Source: a virus (Duplodnaviria > Caudoviricetes). From it: DNA of 62,051 nt. The position numbers were made by a program, and so were the translations under genes. The notes under the pieces are model-generated. The model had not been told where the DNA came from. It did not search any database and saw nothing but the letters and a program-made list of their open reading frames with translations. The stretch spans positions 1 through 62,051 of the IMG/VR virus record IMGVR_UViG_3300049259_000057. One strand, given 5' to 3'. Below, in pieces: positions 16,734-26,106 of the stretch (the first letter of the stretch is position 1; the number at the start of each line of letters is the position of its first letter).

Positions 16734-17236
16734 GGTCACCCGTGACGGCCGTCGTGACCCTGGCGGTCGTGGCCGTGGTGCTCGGCGCCGGGTGCTTGGT
16801 GACGTGGATGCGTCGTCGTCGTATTCGGCCGGTGTTGCTGCCGCCACCGATACCCATGCCCTACGTCGACCGCACACCCGAAGATGACCTAGAGATCATT
16901 CGAGAATATTTCGGCACGTGGAATTGTCGTTTCTACGGCCGCCATTACCACCCGATGGCCACGGCGGTGTATCGCCGCTGCGCTGGTGGCGGGTGGGATG
17001 TGTTTGCTGTCTGGCGAGATGGCCGAGTGGTGGCCTACCGCACGTCACCGGATGCATTCGAGCCGACCGATCCGCGTTTCGTGGTGTGGATGTGGGCGGA
17101 TGGGCATATTCACGAGACGGCGCAACAGTTGAAGGCGCTACCGCCCTATTTCCATGCGCCACTTGTGCCACTGCCCGAGAAGTTTCACATGCCAGATATT
17201 CGACCTATCACCTTTCGTCCCGGTAAGGATGCCTGA
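16730..17236 (+). CDS. Membrane-anchored hypothetical protein
   Basis: GTGA overlap; N-terminal TM followed by RRRR. Confidence 0.65.
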   Translation: MRSPVTAVVTLAVVAVVLGAGCLVTWMRRRRIRPVLLPPPIPMPYVDRTPEDDLEIIREYFGTWNCRFYGRHYHPMATAVYRRCAGGGWDVFAVWRDGRVVAYRTSPDAFEPTDPRFVVWMWADGHIHETAQQLKALPPYFHAPLVPLPEKFHMPDIRPITFRPGKDA

Positions 17237-17524
17237 ATGCCCGTCACGAAACGTCAAGCTGTGGTCGCCGCGCTCATGGATTCGGATTACAACGAGCGCA
17301 CCATGTCCGAGCTGCGCACCGTTACCGGATACACGCCCATGTCACTGTATCCCGTGCTGTCGTGGCTGGAGACTCAGCAGATCATTACGCACCGCTGGTC
17401 GGAGACCGATGGACATCCGACGTACAGCATCACCGATTTCCCCAGGGCGGCCGTCATTCTCTACGACACACGGTCATGGTGGGCCCGGTTCATTTCTTGG
17501 TTGACCCCAGGGTGGAAACCATGA
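17237..17524 (+). CDS. Winged-helix (PadR-like) protein
   Basis: MSELRTVTGYTPMSLYPVLSWLETQQII..W. Confidence 0.65.
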   Translation: MPVTKRQAVVAALMDSDYNERTMSELRTVTGYTPMSLYPVLSWLETQQIITHRWSETDGHPTYSITDFPRAAVILYDTRSWWARFISWLTPGWKP

Positions 17525-18036
17525 CGCTCACCGCGCGAGACATCGTCATGTTGGGCGTCGGCGCATTCGTCGCCCTGGTGGGTGTGTTTGTGTTGCAACC
17601 GTTGATTCTGTGGCTGTCCGGCCGGTCGACTCGCGGTGAGCACGCTACGGGAGACTATGGCGCGGTCGATGTGCGCGCCCAGCTTGACAAGAAATTGCCG
17701 GAAGATATCGAACGGCACCAGGCGCTCATGGATCGGACGAGAACCGTTCAGCGTCGATACCGGCAGGCACGTCTCACGCACCCGAGCCACGCTCGGCGTA
17801 CCCCTGCGCACGCGGATACCTCGTCCGGGCCGGACACCATGCTGTTGTCGGGCGAGGATGCCGCGCAACTGTTATGCGGCGTGGTCACCGAAGAAATCCC
17901 CGTGAACACCGATCCGATATTTGTACTGCCACTGCCACCACAACAGGAGGTGATGCCCCGTGACCCGGTCAGAGTCCGAAATGGCGCGCATTCACGAACT
18001 AGAGTTGGAACAGGCGCGCATTCGAGATTTGAATGA
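17521..18036 (+). CDS. Membrane-anchored hypothetical protein
   Basis: ATGA overlap; N-terminal TM. Confidence 0.6.
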   Translation: MTLTARDIVMLGVGAFVALVGVFVLQPLILWLSGRSTRGEHATGDYGAVDVRAQLDKKLPEDIERHQALMDRTRTVQRRYRQARLTHPSHARRTPAHADTSSGPDTMLLSGEDAAQLLCGVVTEEIPVNTDPIFVLPLPPQQEVMPRDPVRVRNGAHSRTRVGTGAHSRFE

Positions 18037-18442
18037 ATACCTGTGGGATCACCTGGGCGAGACGCACACTTCAACGTGGCTGGCGTCCCGGTTCGGTCTG
18101 TCCCGTGTATATGTCGCCGAACGGCTGGCGGTGGTGAAACGACTCGGCGCGGAAGCATTCGCGGTAGCCGTCATGGTGCCCCCTGGCCAGCGTGTGGGGC
18201 ACTGGGTGCCACCGACGAGGGAATCGGACCCGCCGCCACTCAGTGACGAGGAACGTGCGGCACGCCTGCGGGAATACCTCGCGACCACGCCCCGTAGGGC
18301 GCGGGTAACCGTGGCCCAGATGGCACGGGACCTGAAAATCTCACAGGAGTTCGCTCGGCGAGTCATCGCGGAAGTGGAGCCACTAGGAAGGCGGAACCAT
18401 GATTGTCCGCGAACCAACCGCGACCGGGGTCACCGACGATGA
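17960..18442 (+). CDS. Protein with two HTH-like segments
   Basis: STWLASRFGLSRVYVAERL and TVAQMARDLKISQEFARRVI. Confidence 0.6.
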   Translation: MTRSESEMARIHELELEQARIRDLNEYLWDHLGETHTSTWLASRFGLSRVYVAERLAVVKRLGAEAFAVAVMVPPGQRVGHWVPPTRESDPPPLSDEERAARLREYLATTPRRARVTVAQMARDLKISQEFARRVIAEVEPLGRRNHDCPRTNRDRGHRR

Positions 18443-18581
18443 GCGTTACGCCGAGTTACTCGCCTATCTGAGATCCACTCCCCAGGGGCAACGGTCGACT
18501 GATTTCCGCCTGGCCCGCATCTTCGGATTCACCCAGGTCCATATCCGGGATGCCGTCCAAAGAGAGAAAAAGGGAAGGTAA
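18399..18581 (+). CDS. Small HTH-like protein
   Basis: TDFRLARIFGFTQVHIRDAV; DDERYAELLAYL resembles DEERAARLREYL in the upstream gene. Confidence 0.55.
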   Translation: MIVREPTATGVTDDERYAELLAYLRSTPQGQRSTDFRLARIFGFTQVHIRDAVQREKKGR

Positions 18582-18587
18582 ATAGTA

Positions 18588-19193
18588 GTGCGGTTTCGAT
18601 TCTCGAACACGGAGGTGTACCCGGCCACCGGCCGTCTGCTGCGGGAAATCCGGCGCACACTCAACGTGACCGTGAATAGTGTCGCTACTACGTTGGGTTC
18701 CGCAGAGTCGATGATATCGCGCATTGAGACGGGCCGGTGCGAACCGCCCTTGATGCATTATTTCATGGTCTGTTTTGCGCTGGACATTGATCTCAGTGTG
18801 CTTGTCAAAGTAGTCCAGGATCACACTAAGGACATTGTCTCCGGATTTAATTTTCCGTATCCCCTGCGGAAAACAACTCTGGCCATCGTCGATGTGTTTC
18901 GCGATAGTCCGACGCGTTTTATTCATGAGGCGGAAATCGCGACGGAGGCTCGGCTCGACCGAAATAGGACTGACGATGGAATCCGCCAGCTATGCGCCCT
19001 CGGGTGGATACAGAGAGACACTGCCGAGGGTTCTCAACGTCAATGCTATTGGCGACTGTCGGATCAAGGTGTGCAGGAACTCCCCCAGATGTGCGCCTAC
19101 CTGGATCGTCTCCACGAACTAGCAATGATCGTCATCAACAGCAGTCGCAGCACTGTAGCTACACCCCACGAGAACACAGCTACGAGGAAGTGA
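18588..19193 (+). CDS. XRE HTH plus winged-helix two-domain regulator
   Basis: LREIRRTLNVTVNSVATTLGSAESMISRIETG plus EIATEARLDR..L..LGWI..YWRLSDQG. Confidence 0.75.
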   Translation: MRFRFSNTEVYPATGRLLREIRRTLNVTVNSVATTLGSAESMISRIETGRCEPPLMHYFMVCFALDIDLSVLVKVVQDHTKDIVSGFNFPYPLRKTTLAIVDVFRDSPTRFIHEAEIATEARLDRNRTDDGIRQLCALGWIQRDTAEGSQRQCYWRLSDQGVQELPQMCAYLDRLHELAMIVINSSRSTVATPHENTATRK

Positions 19194-19201
19194 GATAACA
19201 G

Positions 19202-19891
19202 TTGTCGGTCACAGATGTGCCATTCAGCCAGGTTGGATCACGGGGCACTCACGACTCCATCTATCGTATGGTGGGCGCGCTGATCCATGATATCCGCCTG
19301 ACCCGCAACGTGAGTATGCCTAAGATGTGCGCTGAACTGGTGGCCGGTGTCCCATTGCTGAGCCGCATAGAAAGCGCGGAACGCATTTTCCCCCTGCATT
19401 GGTATGTCCGGTGTTCCGTGGTACTCGCGGTTCGGTTTTCGACCGTGCTCCGTGCGGCCGAGGATGACCAGACGGGCGCCATGACACTGTATCGGTGGCG
19501 CCAGACGATTAAGCCGCTCACTCTCAATGACACGCTGACCAGGATGACCCCGGTGCTGGCAAGGAGTGTTGAACAGCCGATCTTTGCGACCGGTATTGCG
19601 GAGGAGGCGCAAGTATCTTGGGATAATGTGCGGCCCCTGTTGGTTAAACTGCGACGTATCGGATGGCTCGTGGACGTCACCGACGATGACGGAACCCATG
19701 ACCGAAGGAACTACTACCAGTTGACCCCGCATGGCCTCACCGCGTCACGGGAAATCGCGACCGCCACGAAGCACATCCATGAAATCGCTACCGCAATCAT
19801 TGAGCACGACGCACCCGAACAGATCGACCCGGCAGCGCAAGCCATTCTCGATGCGGAAGCCGAAGATCTGCGCGCACAACAGGAGGAGTGA
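19202..19891 (+). CDS. XRE HTH plus winged-helix regulator, paralog of 18588
   Basis: IHDIRLTRNVSM..LLSRIESAE plus IAEEAQVSW..LRRIGWL..NYYQLTPHG. Confidence 0.72.
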   Translation: MSVTDVPFSQVGSRGTHDSIYRMVGALIHDIRLTRNVSMPKMCAELVAGVPLLSRIESAERIFPLHWYVRCSVVLAVRFSTVLRAAEDDQTGAMTLYRWRQTIKPLTLNDTLTRMTPVLARSVEQPIFATGIAEEAQVSWDNVRPLLVKLRRIGWLVDVTDDDGTHDRRNYYQLTPHGLTASREIATATKHIHEIATAIIEHDAPEQIDPAAQAILDAEAEDLRAQQEE

Positions 19892-20033
19892 CAACGATGG
19901 TCAGGGATACACCACAACGTGACGCACGAGTGGAGCGCCGCGAGGCAATCAACCGGGTTCACGAGAAAGCACAGGGCGAGATCGAGAGGGTGGACGGCAA
20001 CACGATCGATAACCAATCATCGAACAAACCGAA

Positions 20034-20270
20034 ATGACGAGGTTCACCATGAAAACCACGGCACGTCACATCGCGCAACGATACAAGATCCGGCTGGTCG
20101 GGGAACCGGAAACCGAACCGGGACCGTTCGACCCGGTACAGTTCACTCTCGTCAAATTCGGCAGCGATGATGACGCCCGACGATTCAAGGAGGGTTGTGA
20201 CGACGAACATGTGCCCGCCTGTCTGTATCTGCGCGTCGATGAGCCCGACGTCGTGGTGATCCTGCACTGA
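20034..20270 (+). CDS. Hypothetical protein
   Basis: Last plus-strand ORF before the bidirectional terminator. Confidence 0.55.
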   Translation: MTRFTMKTTARHIAQRYKIRLVGEPETEPGPFDPVQFTLVKFGSDDDARRFKEGCDDEHVPACLYLRVDEPDVVVILH

Positions 20271-20275
20271 GTAGC

Positions 20276-20340
20276 CGCACGCAACAAAGCCCCCCGCCGA
20301 CCGGTCGCGAGACCAGGCAGACGGGGGGCTGTTGTGTGCG
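20276..20340. terminator. Bidirectional terminator between accessory and structural arms
   Basis: CGCACGCAACA-AAGCCCCCC / GGGGGGCT-GTTGTGTGCG stem between convergent genes. Confidence 0.7.
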
Positions 20341-20348
20341 TACGGGGG

Positions 20349-21440
20349 CTACTGGTGCGGGCCGGTGTTCTTGGCCCACCACGAGAAGGGATAGGAGGCT
20401 GACGAGTACAGGACGCCGCTGCCTTGTGCCCGCACGACGATCGCGACGCGGAGCACGCCACCGTCCAGGTCACCGGAGGTCACGGACAAGCCGAGCGGGC
20501 CGGACTGCGAAGTGAACCCGGTCGAGATGTACCAGGCTGGGTCACCTTCGGCAGTCGGGTTGATCGTTCCGGTGGACAGGTACCGCACGATGGACGAACC
20601 GACCAGGATCGCCGTGTCCAGGAACGCGGTCGCCGTGGTGGAGTGCATCCCATGGAGACCGATCTCCACCCAGTCCCCCGCCACGGCCGGGATGTCCAGC
20701 TCGAACCCGGACAGCGGCACCCAGGCGCCCCCGGTGTTGGGCAGGGTGGTGTCCCCGGTGAGGACCCGTTGCTGACGAACGACCAGGGGCGCGGCACTGC
20801 CACCGGCCACGGGTGTGGTCCATCGGAGTCCGGTGGGTTGGCCCGGGTCGACGGTGAGCACCTGGCCCGTGGTGCCGACACCGAGCCGGGTCACCGTGCC
20901 CGAGCCGAGTGCGGCCAGGAGGTCACCTGCGGCCGTGACGGTAGCGGTCGGCACCAGTGCCGCCAGGGCGGCGGCCAGGCCGGTGACGGCGGCCTGAGAC
21001 ACGGTGCCCACCCGTAGCGTCACGGCACTGGCGTTGCCGCCGACCACGATGGAGCTGTCCGCCGCCGTCAGCGACTGGATAGCCGTCCCGTACGTGCCCA
21101 CCAGGGCCACCGGCACCACATCGGCGAAAGCCACACTCGGCGTAGCCGCGAACACTTGCGCCTGAAACGTGGTCGACCAACCGGCAGTGTTGACCGTGAC
21201 CGTGTACGCCCAGCCGGACGGGGTGAGCGTGGGCGCGTCGACAGCGGGCACCGTGACGCTGAATGAGCCATCGGGGGCCAGTTCGGCGCTGATCGTGTCC
21301 GGGCCGATGACCGCGTTGCCCGTGTGGTCCCGTAGCGGCGTGGGGATGGACCATGACACGGTGCCGCTGTCGGGCCGCCCGTCTGCCCGTTCCAGGGCAC
21401 CGTGCACGGTCACCACGGCCACGTCTGTCGGGTAGGGCAC
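20349..21440 (-). CDS. Minor tail / tail fibre-like protein
   Basis: Gly/Thr-rich; AAGDLL..G.GTVTRLGVGTTGQVLT fibre-like motif; last gene of the late operon. Confidence 0.65.
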   Translation of the reverse strand: MPYPTDVAVVTVHGALERADGRPDSGTVSWSIPTPLRDHTGNAVIGPDTISAELAPDGSFSVTVPAVDAPTLTPSGWAYTVTVNTAGWSTTFQAQVFAATPSVAFADVVPVALVGTYGTAIQSLTAADSSIVVGGNASAVTLRVGTVSQAAVTGLAAALAALVPTATVTAAGDLLAALGSGTVTRLGVGTTGQVLTVDPGQPTGLRWTTPVAGGSAAPLVVRQQRVLTGDTTLPNTGGAWVPLSGFELDIPAVAGDWVEIGLHGMHSTTATAFLDTAILVGSSIVRYLSTGTINPTAEGDPAWYISTGFTSQSGPLGLSVTSGDLDGGVLRVAIVVRAQGSGVLYSSASYPFSWWAKNTGPHQ

Positions 21441-21443
21441 GGG

Positions 21444-21794
21444 TTACGGGGTGGTCGGTGCCGGGGTCGGTTCCGGTGCCGGGGTCGGTTCCGGGGTGGG
21501 TTCCGGTGCCGGTGCCGAACTGGCCGGGACGAGTGCGGTGGTGGCGTCCACGGTCGCGGACAGGTTGTCCACAGCGGACTTGAGTGCGGTCACGTCGACG
21601 CCCTGCGCCGCAATGTTCGCGATCGCGGCCTGAATGGCGCTGTCGTCGGCGGTCAGTTCAGTAGCCAGGGTACCGAGCTTCTCGGTAATGGCGTCAATGT
21701 CAGCCTGGGTGGTCATGAGACGTGCCTCTATTCGGTCGAATCGTTGATTGATAACGGTGGTGAGGTGCGCGAGTGCGCGCTGTGGAATCCACAT
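21444..21794 (-). CDS. Coiled-coil protein with Pro-Glu-Pro-Thr tail
   Basis: Heptad-rich; PEPTPEPTPAPEPTPAP encoded by 18-bp repeats. Confidence 0.7.
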   Translation of the reverse strand: MWIPQRALAHLTTVINQRFDRIEARLMTTQADIDAITEKLGTLATELTADDSAIQAAIANIAAQGVDVTALKSAVDNLSATVDATTALVPASSAPAPEPTPEPTPAPEPTPAPTTP

Positions 21795-21797
21795 CGA

Positions 21798-22691
21798 TCA
21801 GGTGCCTGTCACGTTCACAGTGCCGGTGATCTGGAGATGATGAGAAACCGCGTCATTCACGATGGCAGTCAGTTCGTCTTTCGTGATGTCGGATTTCGCG
21901 GCGAGCGCGGACACTGCGGCAGCGAGGGCCACAAGCGAGGCATTCGCAGCGGCGAGGTGTCGGAAATTCTCGTATTCCGAATCCCACAGGTTGCGAGGCG
22001 CGCCGTCCGGGCCGGCCACGCGGAAACTGATGAATGCCTGTAGAGCTGCCTGGCTGATGTTGTTCAGGTCCGTCTGATCAACTGCCATGGTGGCCCCTTC
22101 CGTGATATCGGTCAGGATGTTGTCCAGGTCCACCGCACCTGTGATGCCGGGAATGTGGCCGGTACTCGTGTATTGGTGGGCGTCGACGTGCCCGGTGTAC
22201 GCGTTGATGGGGTGTTCGGTGCCGTCATTGGGGCCGTATTGCGCGACCCATGACACCAGTCCCGAAATCCCCCACGTGTCAGGTTTCAATGCGGTGAACC
22301 ACGAGGCCGACGAATACAACGCGACCTTGGACATGTTCAATGTCGATTGCAACCGCAGCAGAAACCGGCGGCCGTAGTCGACTCGGACAGCGGGAGGGAT
22401 GCTCGACTCTTCAAGGTCCAGCGCTGGCGCGATATCCAGGGCCCGCAAACGGTGCAGCTCGGCGGCAAACACGTCGGCCTGACGTTCGGGGGACGGTGCC
22501 GCTTGCATGTAGTGGTAGCCGCCGACAGCGCAGCCGGCCGCACGGGCGCCCGCTGTGTAGGCATCACCATGGGTGGATGCCAGGCCGCCGCCGTCGGTGA
22601 GTTTCACATACACGTGGCGTACACCGGCCGCGCGCACCAAATGCCAATCCGTGACGAGGTTGTATTGTTGGAAAAGGTCGACACCGAGCAT
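21798..22691 (-). CDS. Endolysin, GH25 muramidase
   Basis: LGVD..Y, DW..V, YVKLTDG, GGYHY, ALDLE, WVAQY, HQYTSTG.IPGI.G.VDLD. Confidence 0.92.
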   Translation of the reverse strand: MLGVDLFQQYNLVTDWHLVRAAGVRHVYVKLTDGGGLASTHGDAYTAGARAAGCAVGGYHYMQAAPSPERQADVFAAELHRLRALDIAPALDLEESSIPPAVRVDYGRRFLLRLQSTLNMSKVALYSSASWFTALKPDTWGISGLVSWVAQYGPNDGTEHPINAYTGHVDAHQYTSTGHIPGITGAVDLDNILTDITEGATMAVDQTDLNNISQAALQAFISFRVAGPDGAPRNLWDSEYENFRHLAAANASLVALAAAVSALAAKSDITKDELTAIVNDAVSHHLQITGTVNVTGT

Positions 22692-22710
22692 GACGCCGTG
22701 CCCCCTTGTG

Positions 22711-22878
22711 TTAGCTGGGCGCGAAAAAGCCCTCGTGGTCGTCGTCGGCAAGGTCGGCCATGGTGACGCTGTCCCGGTCCGGATCGGTAGCCGCCGGGGT
22801 GACGTGATCGTGGGATCGGATGATGGTCGCCGCGATGCCGAGAGCGGCACCCACAGCAATCCAGAACAGGCGGGACAC
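22711..22878 (-). CDS. Small single-TM protein upstream of the endolysin
   Basis: LFWIAVGAALGIAATII. Confidence 0.5.
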   Translation of the reverse strand: MSRLFWIAVGAALGIAATIIRSHDHVTPAATDPDRDSVTMADLADDDHEGFFAPS

Positions 22879-22894
22879 AGGGCGTTCTCTTTCG

Positions 22895-23797
22895 CTAGGG
22901 TCGGAGCCAGGCCAGGGAAATGGACGTTCGGGCGGCATTGCTCGCGGTGGCCCGGTCAATCGCGCCGGTCGCGGAGGACACCGCGTTAACGGAGAGCGCT
23001 GTGGACACGGCGAACCGCATGACGCACGTCAGGACGATGTCCACGGTGGGTGTGCCGGACGCCACCGGTACCGACGCGGCCTTATATATCGTGGCAAAAG
23101 TCGAGTCGGTGAGCTGAAGGAATCTGCCTATGGCAGCCGTTGAATCAGCGATGCGGCCCGCAATGTCGATGATCCACAGTCCGGCGCGTTGCAGCGTGAA
23201 CACCGAGTTGCCGGTACCGCTGACGCTGACATCATTAGATGAATAGTCGGCGGACGCGAACTGAACCGCGTTGTTGCCGGCTGCTAGTGCCTGATTCGCG
23301 GTGGTGGCCGCGCGGTAACGCGCCTCATGCACCTGTGTCGCGGACGGCGTGACTTGATTATCCGGGCCGAGCGCGCACACCGCGACCCAGGAACCGGCGG
23401 TGTATCGATAGAGCAGTCCATCGGTGGTGTTGTAGACAATCTGCCCCGTGTAGGGCGCGGTAATCGCTGACGTGGCCGACACCGCTACGGGAACATTGCC
23501 CCATCCGGTCCCGGTGTACGTCAACTGGTGCCCGGCGGCCGGGGCGGTCACGGTCACGTCCTGTTGAGCGGCTAGCGCGCTGGTGTGGACGTGGTCGGTG
23601 TGCGCGCTGCTGGTGCCGGTACCGGTGACGGGCGCGGGACCGATGGCGCTGGGCGGCAGGTTCGACAACGGCGCCCCGCCGCCCGCTGTGGTGGCCCCTG
23701 CCGCCGCTTGCTGCATCACCCGTAGCCGGGTCTCGATTTTGGCGATCCGGTCCACGAGGGACACGTCAGGGCGCGGCACGAATCCGGGTGCTGTCAT
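22895..23797 (-). CDS. Minor tail protein
   Basis: Position; DHVH and PYTGQIVYNTTDG..YRY..SW motifs. Confidence 0.75.
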   Translation of the reverse strand: MTAPGFVPRPDVSLVDRIAKIETRLRVMQQAAAGATTAGGGAPLSNLPPSAIGPAPVTGTGTSSAHTDHVHTSALAAQQDVTVTAPAAGHQLTYTGTGWGNVPVAVSATSAITAPYTGQIVYNTTDGLLYRYTAGSWVAVCALGPDNQVTPSATQVHEARYRAATTANQALAAGNNAVQFASADYSSNDVSVSGTGNSVFTLQRAGLWIIDIAGRIADSTAAIGRFLQLTDSTFATIYKAASVPVASGTPTVDIVLTCVMRFAVSTALSVNAVSSATGAIDRATASNAARTSISLAWLRP

Positions 23798-24948
23798 CAG
23801 CTCACCGCCACTACGGGCTGTAGGCCGAGTACAGCCGTGTCGTAGGTGCTGCCGTTCCCGATGGAAATGATGCGATAGGTGTAGGTGCCGTCTGGAATGC
23901 GGCGGTGACCGACCACGGTAAAATTCGCGACGTCGCCGACCGAGATTTGATCGAGCGTCGGACTACCGGTCACCCGGCCGGACAGGTCGAGCCCATCAAC
24001 ACGCACCGTCGCCGAGGGAATGTTGACCGCCGTCGAATACGTGTTGACCCACTGCTGGGCGTAGCTGGCGAGCGTCGCGGGATCGGTCACCGAAGTGTGA
24101 TCACCGTTGACATCCTCCAACAGTGGATACCCGTTGGCCATGAGTGCCAGGTTCTGGGCGTTGCCCACCAACAGGTTGTATTGGCTGCCACTGCCGCGTA
24201 CATAGTCAGACAGCGTCATCTGTGACCCGTCACGGGAGAAATCCAGTTGCTGTACCGCCCCCCGGGGCCCGTAGTCCCAGCACCACGGCGAACCGAGCTG
24301 GCCGAGCCGGGGCGAGCCGATGCGCATCAACCATTGCAGGTAACCGGTGGTGTTCCACTGTGGCCGGAATTCGATTTCCGGTCCGTTCACCAACCCGGTG
24401 AGGTTGACGAGCATATCCGCGACAATATTCATGTCGAACCCGTAGTACGTGATGGTGTTCGTGCCGGCCGGGTCGTCCGGGGGCAAAGCAATCGGCAACG
24501 TGCCTCGCGCGATCGTGGTGGCGACGATGTTCTTTGCCATCTGGAGATACGTCACGTTCGTGTATGTGGTGTCGACGGTGTTCACCGCCGGGTTGCCGCC
24601 CGTGAAAGCGGCAGGAAACAGCAGCCTTTTGGACAGCACTTTCCACAGGCCAGCGAACGTGACAGTCGTGTTGTTCTGGGTGTCCGTCATTTGCTCGCCG
24701 ACAACCGGGCCGCCCTGGCACACGAAATTCCGGTAACACACCGCCCAGGACCACCGCCACGGTTGACTCAGCTCCTCTATGTCCGCAGTGGACATGCCAT
24801 TGCCACCGAGGGGCACCGTGACGGACCCGGACCCGGGATCGTTGACCTTGTAGCCCCATTGGTTGACGTTGACGAACGGGATTTCGGCGGCCACTCGTCC
24901 GGTGGTGGTTTCGACCGCGTACACCGTCCAGTCCTGTTTAGCCATCAC
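23797..24948 (-). CDS. Minor tail protein (baseplate hub/Tal-like)
   Basis: Position; NDPGSGSV, GGPV, GPEIEFRP, GYPLLE, VGD. Confidence 0.8.
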   Translation of the reverse strand: MMAKQDWTVYAVETTTGRVAAEIPFVNVNQWGYKVNDPGSGSVTVPLGGNGMSTADIEELSQPWRWSWAVCYRNFVCQGGPVVGEQMTDTQNNTTVTFAGLWKVLSKRLLFPAAFTGGNPAVNTVDTTYTNVTYLQMAKNIVATTIARGTLPIALPPDDPAGTNTITYYGFDMNIVADMLVNLTGLVNGPEIEFRPQWNTTGYLQWLMRIGSPRLGQLGSPWCWDYGPRGAVQQLDFSRDGSQMTLSDYVRGSGSQYNLLVGNAQNLALMANGYPLLEDVNGDHTSVTDPATLASYAQQWVNTYSTAVNIPSATVRVDGLDLSGRVTGSPTLDQISVGDVANFTVVGHRRIPDGTYTYRIISIGNGSTYDTAVLGLQPVVAVS

Positions 24949-24961
24949 GCCCCCAGCGGGA

Positions 24962-26095
24962 TCAGGACGGAATCACTTCAACGTCAAGGAATGTGCCGGT
25001 CAGCCATCCCGCGTAGGGTGCGACACAACTGGCCATGCCGCCCGCGAAAGCGTTGAGATACACGGTGTGCGCCCCGGTGTAGGGCCCGGTGGTGTGGCTC
25101 GGGAACCCGGTCCACGAGTCCAGTGACGAATTCGTCCAGGCCGCGAAACCGTTCGCCGAACCGATGCCGGTGCCACCAACGCTGTCCAGGGTCAACCGCA
25201 ACGCGACATAGGGCGGTGAACCTGCCGTGAAGGTGGGATACCCGTTCCAGTCGATTTGTGCGGACACGCGGAGCAGATACGGATAGCCGGGGTCGGCCAC
25301 GGTGCAGGTAGCCAGGTTCACCGACGTGGTGGGTATGGTGATATTGCTGGTGCCGTTGGCCCATGCCGGGGTCTTGACGGATGGCTTCACGCCGCGCCAC
25401 ACCGAGCCGTCCCAGTACCGCAGACCGCTTTTGAGCGCGGTCACCGCGTCATGGGTGTATTCACCGACGAACGAACCAGCATCGCCGGTCAGATCACCGG
25501 GCAGCAACGCGCGGATACCGCCCATGGCCGACGACTTCCGGACATCCGTGATGTTGGCCGTGGTAATGGGGTTGACGTTGGTGGCGCGGAGCATTTGCGC
25601 CAGAGCCAACGCGCCGGTAGGTATCGCCGGTACCGCTGGACTCGCGCCCGGGGTTCCGTTGACGATGAACAGTTGCCCGCCTTGAGTTCCCGAGTCGCCG
25701 ATCGCCGCGTCAATGACCTGCACCGCCAGCACGTCGATACGCGGATTGGTGGACGATGCCGGGTCACCGACCACAGTGGACGTGGATGTGAACGTGACGA
25801 GGTACGGGCCACCAGCCGCGCCTGCCCGGGGGATGACGCACGTGCCGGGTGCCACCAGTACCGACGCGCTGGCCGTACCGGTCTGCGACACCGACAGGTC
25901 TGTGTTGCCGGTGCTGGTGCCGGCCGAGGACAGCACGCCAGCGCGCCACACGATCGGACCGCCCGGTGCGGGGGCGGCTGCGGCGCCAATCAATCCCATG
26001 CGGTAGTTCGCCGCCGTGTTGACCGGACTGGTACCGGCGGCATTCATCAAGGGAATGGCCGACGCGCTCTGTACTGGTGTACCCGCCCACGCCAT
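24962..26095 (-). CDS. Minor tail protein
   Basis: NPRIDV...GTP..SP..PAIP.GAL.LA motif typical of actinophage minor tail proteins. Confidence 0.8.
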   Translation of the reverse strand: MAWAGTPVQSASAIPLMNAAGTSPVNTAANYRMGLIGAAAAPAPGGPIVWRAGVLSSAGTSTGNTDLSVSQTGTASASVLVAPGTCVIPRAGAAGGPYLVTFTSTSTVVGDPASSTNPRIDVLAVQVIDAAIGDSGTQGGQLFIVNGTPGASPAVPAIPTGALALAQMLRATNVNPITTANITDVRKSSAMGGIRALLPGDLTGDAGSFVGEYTHDAVTALKSGLRYWDGSVWRGVKPSVKTPAWANGTSNITIPTTSVNLATCTVADPGYPYLLRVSAQIDWNGYPTFTAGSPPYVALRLTLDSVGGTGIGSANGFAAWTNSSLDSWTGFPSHTTGPYTGAHTVYLNAFAGGMASCVAPYAGWLTGTFLDVEVIPS

Positions 26096-26106
26096 AGCTG
26101 TGACTC

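Noticed and set aside
21458-21516. 18-bp tandem repeats as a regulatory array
   Set aside because: Explained by the Pro-Glu-Pro-Thr coding repeats.
20349-26095. Diversity-generating retroelement or invertible tail cassette
   Set aside because: No reverse transcriptase, and no TR/VR pair or inversion repeats were noticed.
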